A stretch of 64,000 bases of DNA from Pristiophorus japonicus (Eukaryota). Position 1 is the stretch's first letter; every line of letters starts with the position of its first letter. Below are positions 12,301 through 27,300 of the stretch, one piece after another. Under the pieces are notes generated by a model. That model saw nothing but the letters and a program-made list of their open reading frames with translations, was not told the DNA's origin and searched no databases. Made by a program: the position numbers and the translations under genes. Location of the stretch: the NCBI RefSeq assembly GCF_044704955.1, contig NW_027253893.1:1-64000 (forward strand), given 5' to 3'.

Positions 12301-15300
12301 CACCGTATATAGTCAGTGATTATCAAACCCAGGTTTAATATACACTGTATATAGTCAGTGATTATCAAACCCAGGTGTAATATACACTGTATATAGTCAG
12401 TGATTCTCAAACCCAGGTTTAATATACACTGTATATAGTCAGTGATTCTCAAACCCAGGTTTAATATACACTGTATATAGTCAGTGATTCTCAAACCCAG
12501 GTGTAATATACACCGTATATAGTCAGTGATTATCAAACCCAGGTTTAATATACACTGTATATAGTCAGTGATTGTCAAACCCAGGTTTAATATACACCGT
12601 ATATAGTCAGTGATTATCAAACCCAGGTTTAATATACACTGTATATAGTCAGTGATTCTCAAACCCAGGTTTAATATACACTGTATATAGTCAGTGATTC
12701 TCAAACCCAGGTTTAATATACATCGTATATAGTCAGTGATTATCAAACTCAGGTTTAATATACACCATATATAGTCAGTCATTATCAAACCCAGGTGTAA
12801 TATACACCGTATATAGCCAGTGATTATCAAACCCAGGTTTAATATACACTGTATATAGTCAGTGATTATCAAACCCAGGTGTAATATACACTGTATATAG
12901 TCAGTGATTATCAAACCCAGGTGCAATATACACTGTATATAGTCAGTGATTATCAAACCCAGGTTTAATATACACTGTACATAGTCAGTGATTATCAAAC
13001 CCAGGTTTAATATACACCATATATAGTCAGTGATTCTCAAACCCAGGTTTAATATACACCGTGTATAATCAGTGATTATCAAACCCAGGTTTAATATACA
13101 CCGTATATAGTCAGTGATTCTCAAACCCAGGTTTAATATACACCGTGTATAGTCAGTGATTCTCAAATCCAGGTTTAATATACACCGTGTATAGTCAGTG
13201 ATTCTCAAACCCAGGTTTAATATACACCGTATATAGTCAGTGATTCTCAAACCCAGGTTTAATATACACCGTATATAGTCAGTGATTATCAAACCCAGGT
13301 TTAATATACACCGTATATAGTCAGTGATTATCAAACCCAGGTTTAATATACTCCGTGTATAATCAGTGATTATCAAACCCAGGTTTAATATACACCGTGT
13401 ATAGTCAGTGATTATCAAACCCAGGTTTAATATACACCGTATATAGTCAGTGATTATCAAACCCAGGTTTAATATACACTGTTCTAATCAGTGATTATCA
13501 AACCCAGGTTTAATATACACCGTATATAGTCAGTGATTATCAAACCCAGGTTTAATATACACCGTATATAGTCAGTGATTATCAAACCCAGGCTTAATAT
13601 ACATCGTATATAGTCAGTGATTCTCAAACCCAGGTTTAATATACACTGTATATAGTCAGTGATTCTCAAACCCAGGTTTAATATACACCGTATATAGTCA
13701 GTGATTATCAAACCCAGGTTTAATATACACCATGTATAGTCAGTGATTATCAAACCCAGGTGTAATATACACCGTATATAGTCAGTGATTATCAAACCCA
13801 GGTTTAATATACACCATGTATAGTCAGTGATTCTCAAACCCAGGTGTAATATACACCGTGTAATGTCAGTGATTCTCAAACCCAGGTGTAATATGCACCG
13901 TGTATAGTCAGTGATTATCAAACCCAGGTTTAATATACACCGTATATAGTCAGTGATTATCAAACCCAGGTTTAATATACACCGTGTATAGTCAGCGATT
14001 ATCAAACCCAGGTTTAATATACACTGTATACAGTCAGCGATTATCAAACCCAGGTTTAATATACACTGTATATAGTCAGCGATTATCAAACCCAGGTTTA
14101 ATATACACCGTATATAGTCAGTGATTCTCAAACCCAGGTTTAATATACACCGTATATAGTCAGTGATTATCAAACCCAGGTTTAATATACACCATGTCTA
14201 GTCAGTGATTATCAAACTCAGGTTTTTTATACACCATGTATAGTCAGTGATTATCAAACCCAGGTTTAATATACACCGTATATAGTCAGTGATTATCAAA
14301 CCCAGGTGTAATATACACCGTATATAGTCAGTGATTATCAAACCCAGGTTTAATATACACCATGTATAGTCAGTGATTCTCAAACCCAGGTGTAATATAC
14401 ACCGTGTAATGTCAGTGATTCTCAAACCCAGGTGTAATATGCACCGTGTATAGTCAGTGATTATCAAACCCAGGTTTAATATACACCGTATATAGTCAGT
14501 GATTATCAAACCCAGGTTTAATATACACCGTGTATAGTCAGCGATTATCAAACCCAGGTTTAATATACACTGTATATAGTCAGTGATTATCAAACCCAGG
14601 TGTAATATACACTGTATATAGTCAGTGATTATCAAACCCAGGTGCAATATACACTGTATATAGTCAGTGATTATCAAACCCAGGTTTAATATACACTGTA
14701 CATAGTCAGTGATTATCAAACCCAGGTTTAATATACACCATATATAGTCAGTGATTCTCAAACCCAGGTTTAATATACACCGTGTATAATCAGTGATTAT
14801 CAAACCCAGGTTTAATATACACCGTATATAGTCAGTGATTCTCAAACCCAGGTTTAATATACACCGTGTATAGTCAGTGATTCTCAAATCCAGGTTTAAT
14901 ATACACCGTGTATAGTCAGTGATTCTCAAACCCAGGTTTAATATACACCGTATATAGTCAGTGATTCTCAAACCCAGGTTTAATATACACCGTATATAGT
15001 CAGTGATTATCAAACCCAGGTTTAATATACACCGTGTATAGTCAGTGATTATCAAACCCAGGTTTAATATACACCGTATATAGTCAGTGATTATCAAACC
15101 CAGGTTTAATATACACCGTATATAGTCAGTGATTATCAAACCCAGGCTTAATATACATCGTATATAGTCAGTGATTCTCAAACCCAGGTTTAATATACAC
15201 TGTATATAGTCAGTGATTCTCAAACCCAGGTTTAATATACACCGTATATAGTCAGTGATTATCAAACCCAGGTTTAATATACACCATGTATAGTCAGTGA

Positions 15301-18300
15301 TTATCAAACCCAGGTGTAATATACACCGTATATAGTCAGTGATTATCAAACCCAGGTTTAATATACACCATGTATAGTCAGTGATTCTCAAACCCAGGTG
15401 TAATATACACCGTGTAATGTCAGTGATTCTCAAACCCAGGTGTAATATGCACCGTGTATAGTCAGTGATTATCAAACCCAGGTTTAATATACACCGTATA
15501 TAGTCAGTGATTATCAAACCCAGGTTTAATATACACCGTGTATAGTCAGCGATTATCAAACCCAGGTTTAATATACACTGTATACAGTCAGCGATTATCA
15601 AACCCAGGTTTAATATACACTGTATATAGTCAGCGATTATCAAACCCAGGTTTAATATACACCGTATATAGTCAGTGATTCTCAAACCCAGGTTTAATAT
15701 ACACCGTATATAGTCAGTGATTATCAAACCCAGGTTTAATATACACCATGTCTAGTCAGTGATTATCAAACTCAGGTTTTTTATACACCATGTATAGTCA
15801 GTGATTATCAAACCCAGGTTTAATATACACCGTATATAGTCAGTGATTATCAAACCCAGGTGTAATATACACCGTATATAGTCAGTGATTATCAAACCCA
15901 GGTTTAATATACACTGTATATAGTCAGTGATTATCAAACCCAGGTGTAATATACACTGTATATAGTCAGTGATTCTCAAACCCAGGTTTAATATACACTG
16001 TATATAGTCAGTGATTCTCAAACCCAGGTTTAATATACACTGTATATAGTCAGTGATTCTCAAACCCAGGTGTAATATACACCGTATATAGTCAGTGATT
16101 ATCAAACCCAGGTTTAATATACACTGTATATAGTCAGTGATTGTCAAACCCAGGTTTAATATACACCGTATATAGTCAGTGATTATCAAACCCAGGTTTA
16201 ATATACACTGTATATAGTCAGTGATTCTCAAACCCAGGTTTAATATACACTGTATATAGTCAGTGATTCTCAAACCCAGGTTTAATATACATCGTATATA
16301 GTCAGTGATTATCAAACTCAGGTTTAATATACACCATATATAGTCAGTCATTATCAAACCCAGGTGTAATATACACCGTATATAGCCAGTGATTATCAAA
16401 CCCAGGTTTAATATACACTGTATATAGTCAGTGATTATCAAACCCAGGTGTAATATACACTGTATATAGTCAGTGATTATCAAACCCAGGTGCAATATAC
16501 ACTGTATATAGTCAGTGATTATCAAACCCAGGTTTAATATACACTGTACATAGTCAGTGATTATCAAACCCAGGTTTAATATACACCATATATAGTCAGT
16601 GATTCTCAAACCCAGGTTTAATATACACCGTGTATAATCAGTGATTATCAAACCCAGGTTTAATATACACCGTATATAGTCAGTGATTCTCAAACCCAGG
16701 TTTAATATACACCGTGTATAGTCAGTGATTCTCAAATCCAGGTTTAATATACACCGTGTATAGTCAGTGATTCTCAAACCCAGGTTTAATATACACCGTA
16801 TATAGTCAGTGATTCTCAAACCCAGGTTTAATATACACCGTATATAGTCAGTGATTATCAAACCCAGGTTTAATATACACCGTATATAGTCAGTGATTAT
16901 CAAACCCAGGTTTAATATACTCCGTGTATAATCAGTGATTATCAAACCCAGGTTTAATATACACCGTGTATAGTCAGTGATTATCAAACCCAGGTTTAAT
17001 ATACACCGTATATAGTCAGTGATTATCAAACCCAGGTTTAATATACACTGTATATAATCAGTGATTATCAAACCCAGGTTTAATATACACCGTATATAGT
17101 CAGTGATTATCAAACCCAGGTTTAATATACACCGTATATAGTCAGTGATTATCAAACCCAGGCTTAATATACATCGTATATAGTCAGTGATTCTCAAACC
17201 CAGGTTTAATATACACTGTATATAGTCAGTGATTCTCAAACCCAGGTTTAATATACACCGTATATAGTCAGTGATTATCAAACCCAGGTTTAATATACAC
17301 CATGTATAGTCAGTGATTATCAAACCCAGGTGTAATATACACCGTATATAGTCAGTGATTATCAAACCCAGGTTTAATATACACCATGTATAGTCAGTGA
17401 TTCTCAAACCCAGGTGTAATATACACCGTGTAATGTCAGTGATTCTCAAACCCAGGTGTAATATGCACCGTGTATAGTCAGTGATTATCAAACCCAGGTT
17501 TAATATACACCGTATATAGTCAGTGATTATCAAACCCAGGTTTAATATACACCGTGTATAGTCAGCGATTATCAAACCCAGGTTTAATATACACTGTATA
17601 CAGTCAGCGATTATCAAACCCAGGTTTAATATACACTGTATATAGTCAGCGATTATCAAACCCAGGTTTAATATACACCGTATATAGTCAGTGATTCTCA
17701 AACCCAGGTTTAATATACACCGTATATAGTCAGTGATTATCAAACCCAGGTTTAATATACACCATGTCTAGTCAGTGATTATCAAACTCAGGTTTTTTAT
17801 ACACCATGTATAGTCAGTGATTATCAAACCCAGGTTTAATATACACCGTATATAGTCAGTGATTATCAAACCCAGGTGTAATATACACCGTATATAGTCA
17901 GTGATTATCAAACCCAGGTTTAATATACACCATGTATAGTCAGTGATTCTCAAACCCAGGTGTAATATACACCGTGTAATGTCAGTGATTCTCAAACCCA
18001 GGTGTAATATGCACCGTGTATAGTCAGTGATTATCAAACCCAGGTTTAATATACACCGTATATAGTCAGTGATTATCAAACCCAGGTTTAATATACACCG
18101 TGTATAGTCAGCGATTATCAAACCCAGGTTTAATATACACTGTATATAGTCAGTGATTATCAAACCCAGGTGTAATATACACTGTATATAGTCAGTGATT
18201 ATCAAACCCAGGTGCAATATACACTGTATATAGTCAGTGATTATCAAACCCAGGTTTAATATACACTGTACATAGTCAGTGATTATCAAACCCAGGTTTA

Positions 18301-21300
18301 ATATACACCATATATAGTCAGTGATTCTCAAACCCAGGTTTAATATACACCGTGTATAATCAGTGATTATCAAACCCAGGTTTAATATACACCGTATATA
18401 GTCAGTGATTCTCAAACCCAGGTTTAATATACACCGTGTATAGTCAGTGATTCTCAAATCCAGGTTTAATATACACCGTGTATAGTCAGTGATTCTCAAA
18501 CCCAGGTTTAATATACACCGTATATAGTCAGTGATTCTCAAACCCAGGTTTAATATACACCGTATATAGTCAGTGATTATCAAACCCAGGTTTAATATAC
18601 ACCGTGTATAGTCAGTGATTATCAAACCCAGGTTTAATATACACCGTATATAGTCAGTGATTATCAAACCCAGGTTTAATATACACCGTATATAGTCAGT
18701 GATTATCAAACCCAGGCTTAATATACATCGTATATAGTCAGTGATTCTCAAACCCAGGTTTAATATACACTGTATATAGTCAGTGATTCTCAAACCCAGG
18801 TTTAATATACACCGTATATAGTCAGTGATTATCAAACCCAGGTTTAATATACACCATGTATAGTCAGTGATTATCAAACCCAGGTGTAATATACACCGTA
18901 TATAGTCAGTGATTATCAAACCCAGGTTTAATATACACCATGTATAGTCAGTGATTCTCAAACCCAGGTGTAATATACACCGTGTAATGTCAGTGATTCT
19001 CAAACCCAGGTGTAATATGCACCGTGTATAGTCAGTGATTATCAAACCCAGGTTTAATATACACCGTATATAGTCAGTGATTATCAAACCCAGGTTTAAT
19101 ATACACCGTGTATAGTCAGAGATTATCAAACCCAGGTTTAATATACACTGTATACAGTCAGCGATTATCAAACCCAGGTTTAATATACACTGTATATAGT
19201 CAGCGATTATCAAACCCAGGTTTAATATACACCGTATATAGTCAGTGATTCTCAAACCCAGGTTTAATATACACCGTATATAGTCAGTGATTATCAAACC
19301 CAGGTTTAATATACACCATGTCTAGTCAGTGATTATCAAACTCAGGTTTTTTATACACCATGTATAGTCAGTGATTATCAAACCCAGGTTTAATATACAC
19401 CGTATATAATCAGTGATTATCAAACCCAGGTTTAATATACACCGTATATAGTCAGTGATTATCAAACCCAGGTTTAATATACACCGTATATAGTCAGTGA
19501 TTATCAAACCCAGGCTTAATATACATCGTATATAGTCAGTGATTCTCAAACCCAGGTTTAATATACACTGTATATAGTCAGTGATTATCAAACCCAGGTT
19601 TAATATACACCGTATATAGTCAGTGATTATCAAACCCAGGTTTAATATACACCATGTATAGTCAGTGATTATCAAACCCAGGTGTAATATACACCGTATA
19701 TAGTCAGTGATTATCAAACCCAGGTTTAATATACACCATGTATAGTCAGTGATTCTCAAACCCAGGTGTAATATACACCGTGTAATGTCAGTGATTCTCA
19801 AACCCAGGTGTAATATGCACCGTGTATAGTCAGTGATTATCAAACCCAGGTTTAATATACACCGTATATAGTCAGTGATTATCAAACCCAGGTTTAATAT
19901 ACACCGTGTATAGTCAGCGATTATCAAACCCAGGTTTAATATACACTGTATACAGTCAGCGATTATCAAACCCAGGTTTAATATACACTGTATATAGTCA
20001 GCGATTATCAAACCCAGGTTTAATATACACCGTATATAGTCAGTGATTCTCAAACCCAGGTTTAATATACACCGTATATAGTCAGTGATTATCAAACCCA
20101 GGTTTAATATACACCATGTCTAGTCAGTGATTATCAAACCCAGGTTTAATATACACCGTGTATAGTCAGTGATTATCAAACCCAGGTTTAATATACACCG
20201 TATATAGTCAGTGATTATCAAACCCAGGTTTAATATACACCGTATATAGTCAGTGATTATCAAACCCAGGCTTAATATACATCGTATATAGTCAGTGATT
20301 CTCAAACCCAGGTTTAATATACACTGTATATAGTCAGTGATTCTCAAACCCAGGTTTAATATACACCGTATATAGTCAGTGATTATCAAACCCAGGTTTA
20401 ATATACACCATGTATAGTCAGTGATTATCAAACCCAGGTGTAATATACACCGTATATAGTCAGTGATTATCAAACCCAGGTTTAATATACACCATGTATA
20501 GTCAGTGATTCTCAAACCCAGGTGTAATATACACCGTGTAATGTCAGTGATTCTCAAACCCAGGTGTAATATGCACCGTGTATAGTCAGTGATTATCAAA
20601 CCCAGGTTTAATATACACCGTATATAGTCAGTGATTATCAAACCCAGGTTTAATATACACCGTGTATAGTCAGAGATTATCAAACCCAGGTTTAATATAC
20701 ACTGTATACAGTCAGCGATTATCAAACCCAGGTTTAATATACACTGTATATAGTCAGCGATTATCAAACCCAGGTTTAATATACACCGTATATAGTCAGT
20801 GATTCTCAAACCCAGGTTTAATATACACCGTATATAGTCAGTGATTATCAAACCCAGGTTTAATATACACCATGTCTAGTCAGTGATTATCAAACTCAGG
20901 TTTTTTATACACCATGTATAGTCAGTGATTATCAAACCCAGGTTTAATATACACCGTATATAATCAGTGATTATCAAACCCAGGTTTAATATACACCGTA
21001 TATAGTCAGTGATTATCAAACCCAGGTTTAATATACACCGTATATAGTCAGTGATTATCAAACCCAGGCTTAATATACATCGTATATAGTCAGTGATTCT
21101 CAAACCCAGGTTTAATATACACTGTATATAGTCAGTGGTTATCAAACCCAGGTTTAATATACACCGTATATAGTCAGTGATTATCAAACCCAGGTTTAAT
21201 ATACACCATGTATAGTCAGTGATTATCAAACCCAGGTGTAATATACACCGTATATAGTCAGTGATTATCAAACCCAGGTTTAATATACACCATGTATAGT

Positions 21301-24300
21301 CAGTGATTCTCAAACCCAGGTGTAATATACACCGTGTAATGTCAGTGATTCTCAAACCCAGGTGTAATATGCACCGTGTATAGTCAGTGATTATCAAACC
21401 CAGGTTTAATATACACCGTATATAGTCAGTGATTATCAAACCCAGGTTTAATATACACCGTGTATAGTCAGCGATTATCAAACCCAGGTTTAATATACAC
21501 TGTATACAGTCAGCGATTATCAAACCCAGGTTTAATATACACTGTATATAGTCAGCGATTATCAAACCCAGGTTTAATATACACCGTATATAGTCAGTGA
21601 TTCTCAAACCCAGGTTTAATATACACCGTATATAGTCAGTGATTATCAAACCCAGGTTTAATATACACCGTGTATAGTCAGCGATTATCAAACCCAGGTT
21701 TAATATACACTGTATACAGTCAGCGATTATCAAACCCAGGTTTAATATACACTGTATATAGTCAGCGATTATCAAACCCAGGTTTAATATACACCGTATA
21801 TAGTCAGTGATTCTCAAACCCAGGTTTAATATACACCGTATATAGTCAGTGATTATCAAACCCAGGTTTAATATACACCATGTCTAGTCAGTGATTATCA
21901 AACTCAGGTTTTTTATACACCATGTATAGTCAGTGATTATCAAACCCAGGTTTAATATACACCGTATATAGTCAGTGATTATCAAACCCAGGTGTAATAT
22001 ACACCGTATATAGTCAGTGATTATCAAACCCAGGTTTAATATACACCATGTATAGTCAGTGATTCTCAAACCCAGGTGTAATATACACCGTGTAATGTCA
22101 GTGATTCTCAAACCCAGGTGTAATATGCACCGTGTATAGTCAGTGATTATCAAACCCAGGTTTAATATACACCGTATATAGTCAGTGATTATCAAACCCA
22201 GGTTTAATATACACCGTGTATAGTCAGCGATTATCAAACCCAGGTTTAATATACACTGTATATAGTCAGTGATTATCAAACCCAGGTGTAATATACACTG
22301 TATATAGTCAGTGATTATCAAACCCAGGTGCAATATACACTGTATATAGTCAGTGATTATCAAACCCAGGTTTAATATACACTGTACATAGTCAGTGATT
22401 ATCAAACCCAGGTTTAATATACACCATATATAGTCAGTGATTCTCAAACCCAGGTTTAATATACACCGTGTATAATCAGTGATTATCAAACCCAGGTTTA
22501 ATATACACCGTATATAGTCAGTGATTCTCAAACCCAGGTTTAATATACACCGTGTATAGTCAGTGATTCTCAAATCCAGGTTTAATATACACCGTGTATA
22601 GTCAGTGATTCTCAAACCCAGGTTTAATATACACCGTATATAGTCAGTGATTCTCAAACCCAGGTTTAATATACACCGTATATAGTCAGTGATTATCAAA
22701 CCCAGGTTTAATATACACCGTGTATAGTCAGTGATTATCAAACCCAGGTTTAATATACACCGTATATAGTCAGTGATTATCAAACCCAGGTTTAATATAC
22801 ACCGTATATAGTCAGTGATTATCAAACCCAGGCTTAATATACATCGTATATAGTCAGTGATTCTCAAACCCAGGTTTAATATACACTGTATATAGTCAGT
22901 GATTCTCAAACCCAGGTTTAATATACACCGTATATAGTCAGTGATTATCAAACCCAGGTTTAATATACACCATGTATAGTCAGTGATTATCAAACCCAGG
23001 TGTAATATACACCGTATATAGTCAGTGATTATCAAACCCAGGTTTAATATACACCATGTATAGTCAGTGATTCTCAAACCCAGGTGTAATATACACCGTG
23101 TAATGTCAGTGATTCTCAAACCCAGGTGTAATATGCACCGTGTATAGTCAGTGATTATCAAACCCAGGTTTAATATACACCGTATATAGTCAGTGATTAT
23201 CAAACCCAGGTTTAATATACACCGTGTATAGTCAGAGATTATCAAACCCAGGTTTAATATACACTGTATACAGTCAGCGATTATCAAACCCAGGTTTAAT
23301 ATACACTGTATATAGTCAGCGATTATCAAACCCAGGTTTAATATACACCGTATATAGTCAGTGATTCTCAAACCCAGGTTTAATATACACCGTATATAGT
23401 CAGTGATTATCAAACCCAGGTTTAATATACACCATGTCTAGTCAGTGATTATCAAACTCAGGTTTTTTATACACCATGTATAGTCAGTGATTATCAAACC
23501 CAGGTTTAATATACACCGTATATAATCAGTGATTATCAAACCCAGGTTTAATATACACCGTATATAGTCAGTGATTATCAAACCCAGGTTTAATATACAC
23601 CGTATATAGTCAGTGATTATCAAACCCAGGCTTAATATACATCGTATATAGTCAGTGATTCTCAAACCCAGGTTTAATATACACTGTATATAGTCAGTGA
23701 TTATCAAACCCAGGTTTAATATACACCGTATATAGTCAGTGATTATCAAACCCAGGTTTAATATACACCATGTATAGTCAGTGATTATCAAACCCAGGTG
23801 TAATATACACCGTATATAGTCAGTGATTATCAAACCCAGGTTTAATATACACCATGTATAGTCAGTGATTCTCAAACCCAGGTGTAATATACACCGTGTA
23901 ATGTCAGTGATTCTCAAACCCAGGTGTAATATGCACCGTGTATAGTCAGTGATTATCAAACCCAGGTTTAATATACACCGTATATAGTCAGTGATTATCA
24001 AACCCAGGTTTAATATACACCGTGTATAGTCAGCGATTATCAAACCCAGGTTTAATATACACTGTATACAGTCAGCGATTATCAAACCCAGGTTTAATAT
24101 ACACTGTATATAGTCAGCGATTATCAAACCCAGGTTTAATATACACCGTATATAGTCAGTGATTCTCAAACCCAGGTTTAATATACACCGTATATAGTCA
24201 GTGATTATCAAACCCAGGTTTAATATACACCATGTCTAGTCAGTGATTATCAAACCCAGGTTTTTTATACACCATGTATAGTCAGTGATTATCAAACCCA

Positions 24301-27300
24301 GGTTTAATATACACCGTATATAGTCAGTGATTATCAAACCCAGGTTTAATATACACTGTATATAGTCAGTGATTATCAAACCCAGGTTTAATATACACCG
24401 TATATAGTCAGTGATTATCAAACCCAGTTGTAATATACACCGTATATAGTCAGTGATTATCAAACCCAGGTTTAATATACACCGTATATAGTCAGTGATT
24501 ATCAAACCCAGGTTTAATATACACTGTATATAGTCAGTGATTATCAAACCCAGGTTTAATATACACCGTATATAGTCAGTGATTATCAAACCCAGGTGCA
24601 ATATACACCGTATATAGTCAGTGATTATCAAACCCAGGTTTAATATACACTGTATATAGTCAGTGATTCTCAAACCCAGGTTTAATATACACCGTATATA
24701 GTCAGTGATTATCAAACCCAGGTTTAATATACACTGTATATAGTCAGCGATTATCAAACCCAGGTTTAATATACACTGTATATAGTCAGTGATTATCAAA
24801 CCCAGGTTTAATATACACCGTATATAGTCAGTGATTGTCAAACCCAGGTTTAATATACACCGTATATAGTCAATGATTATCAAACCCAGGTTTAATATAC
24901 ACTGTATATAGTCAGTGATTCTCAAACCCAGGTTTAATATACACTGTATATAGTCAGTGATTCTCAAACCCAGGTTTAATATACATCGTATATAGTCAGT
25001 GATTATCAAACTCAGGTTTAATATACACCATATATAGTCAGTCATTATCAAACCCAGGTGTAATATACACCGTATATAGTCAGTGATTATCAAACCCAGG
25101 TTTAATATACACTGTATATAGTCAGTGATTATCAAACCCAGGTGTAATATACACTGTATGTAGTCAGTGATTATCAAACCCAGGTGCAATATACACTGTA
25201 TATAGTCAGTGATTATCAAACCCAGGTTTAATATACACTGTACATAGTCAGTGATTATCAAACCCAGGTTTAATATACACCATATATAGTCAGTGATTCT
25301 CAAACCCAGGTTCAATATACACCGTGTATAATCAGTGATTATCAAACCCAGGTTTAATATACACCGTATATAGTCAGTGATTATCAAACCCAGGTTTAAT
25401 ATACACGTGTATAATCAGTGATTATCAAACCCAGGTTTAATATACACCGTGTATAGTCAGTGATTATCAAACCCAGGTTAATATACACCGTATATAATCA
25501 GTGATTATCAAACCCAGGTGTAATATACACTGTATATAGTCAGTGATTATCAAACCCTGGTGTAATATACACCGTATATAATCAGTGATTCTCAAACCCT
25601 GGCTTAATATACACCATATAAAAGTCAGTGATTATCAAACCCAGGTTTACTATACACCGTATATAGTCAGTGATTATCAAACCCAGGTTTAATATACACC
25701 GTATATAGTCAGTGATTATCAAACCCAGGTTTAATATACACTGTATATAGTCAGTGATTATCAAACCCAGGTTTAATATACACAGTGTATAGTCAGTGAT
25801 TATCAAACCCAGGTTTAATATACACCGTATGTAGTCAGTGATTATCAAACCCAGGTTTAATATACACCGTGTATAGTCAGTGATTATCAAACCCAGGTTT
25901 AATATACACCATGTATAGTCAGTGATTATCAAACCCAGGTTTAATATACACCGTGTATACAGTGATTATCAAACCCAGGTTTAATATACACCGTGTATTA
26001 TCAGTGATTATCAAACCGAGGTTTAATATACACTGTATATAGTCAGTGATTATCAAACCCAGGTTTAATACACACCGTATATAGTCAGTGATTCTCACAC
26101 CCAGGTTTAATATACACCGTATGTAGTCAGCGATTATCAAACCCAGGTTTTTTATACACCGTATATAGTCAGTGATTATCAAACCCAGGTTTAATATACA
26201 CCGTATATAGTCAGTGATTATCAAACCCAGGTTTAATATACACCGTATATAGTCAGTGATTATCAAACCCAGGTTTAATATACACTGTATATAGTCAGTG
26301 ATGATCAAACCCAGGTTTAATATACACCGTATATAGTCAGTGATTATCAAACCCAGGTGTAATATACACCGTATGTAGTCAGTGATTATCAAACCCAGGT
26401 TTAATATACACCGTATATAGTCAGTGATAATCAAACCCAGGTTTAATATACACTGTATATAGTCAGTGATTATCAAACCCAGGTTTAATATACACTGTAT
26501 ATAGTCAGTGATTCTCAAACCCAGGTTTAATATACATCGTATATAGTCAGTGATTATCAAACTCAGGTTTAATATACACCATATATAGTCAGTCATTATC
26601 AAACCCAGGTGTAATATACACCGTTTTTAGTCAGTGATTATCAAACCCAGGTTTAATATACACTGTATATAGTCAGTGATTATCAAACCCAGGTGTAATA
26701 TACACTGTATGTAGTCAGTGATTATCAAACCCAGGTGCAATATACACTGTATATAGTCAGTGATTATCAAACCCAGGTTTAATATACACTGTACATAGTC
26801 AGTGATTATCAAACCCAGGTTTAATATACACCATATATAGTCAGTGATTCTCAAACCCAGGTTCAATATACACCGTGTATAATCAGTGATTATCAAACCC
26901 AGGTTTAATATACACCGTATATAGTCAGTGATTATCAAACCCAGGTTTAATATACACGTGTATAATCAGTGATTATCAAACCCAGGTTTAATATACACCG
27001 TGTATAGTCAGTGATTATCAAACCCAGGTTAATATACACCGTATATAATCAGTGATTATCAAACCCAGGTTTAATATACACCGTATATAGTCAGTGATTA
27101 TCAAACCCAGGTGTAATATACACCGTATGTAGTCAGTGATTATCAAACCCAGGTTTAATATACACCATATATAGTCAGTGATAATCAAACCCAGGTTTAA
27201 TATACACTGTATATAGTCAGTGATTATCAAACCCAGGTGTAATATACACCGTATATAGTCAGTGATTATCAAACCCAGGTTTAATATACACCATATATAG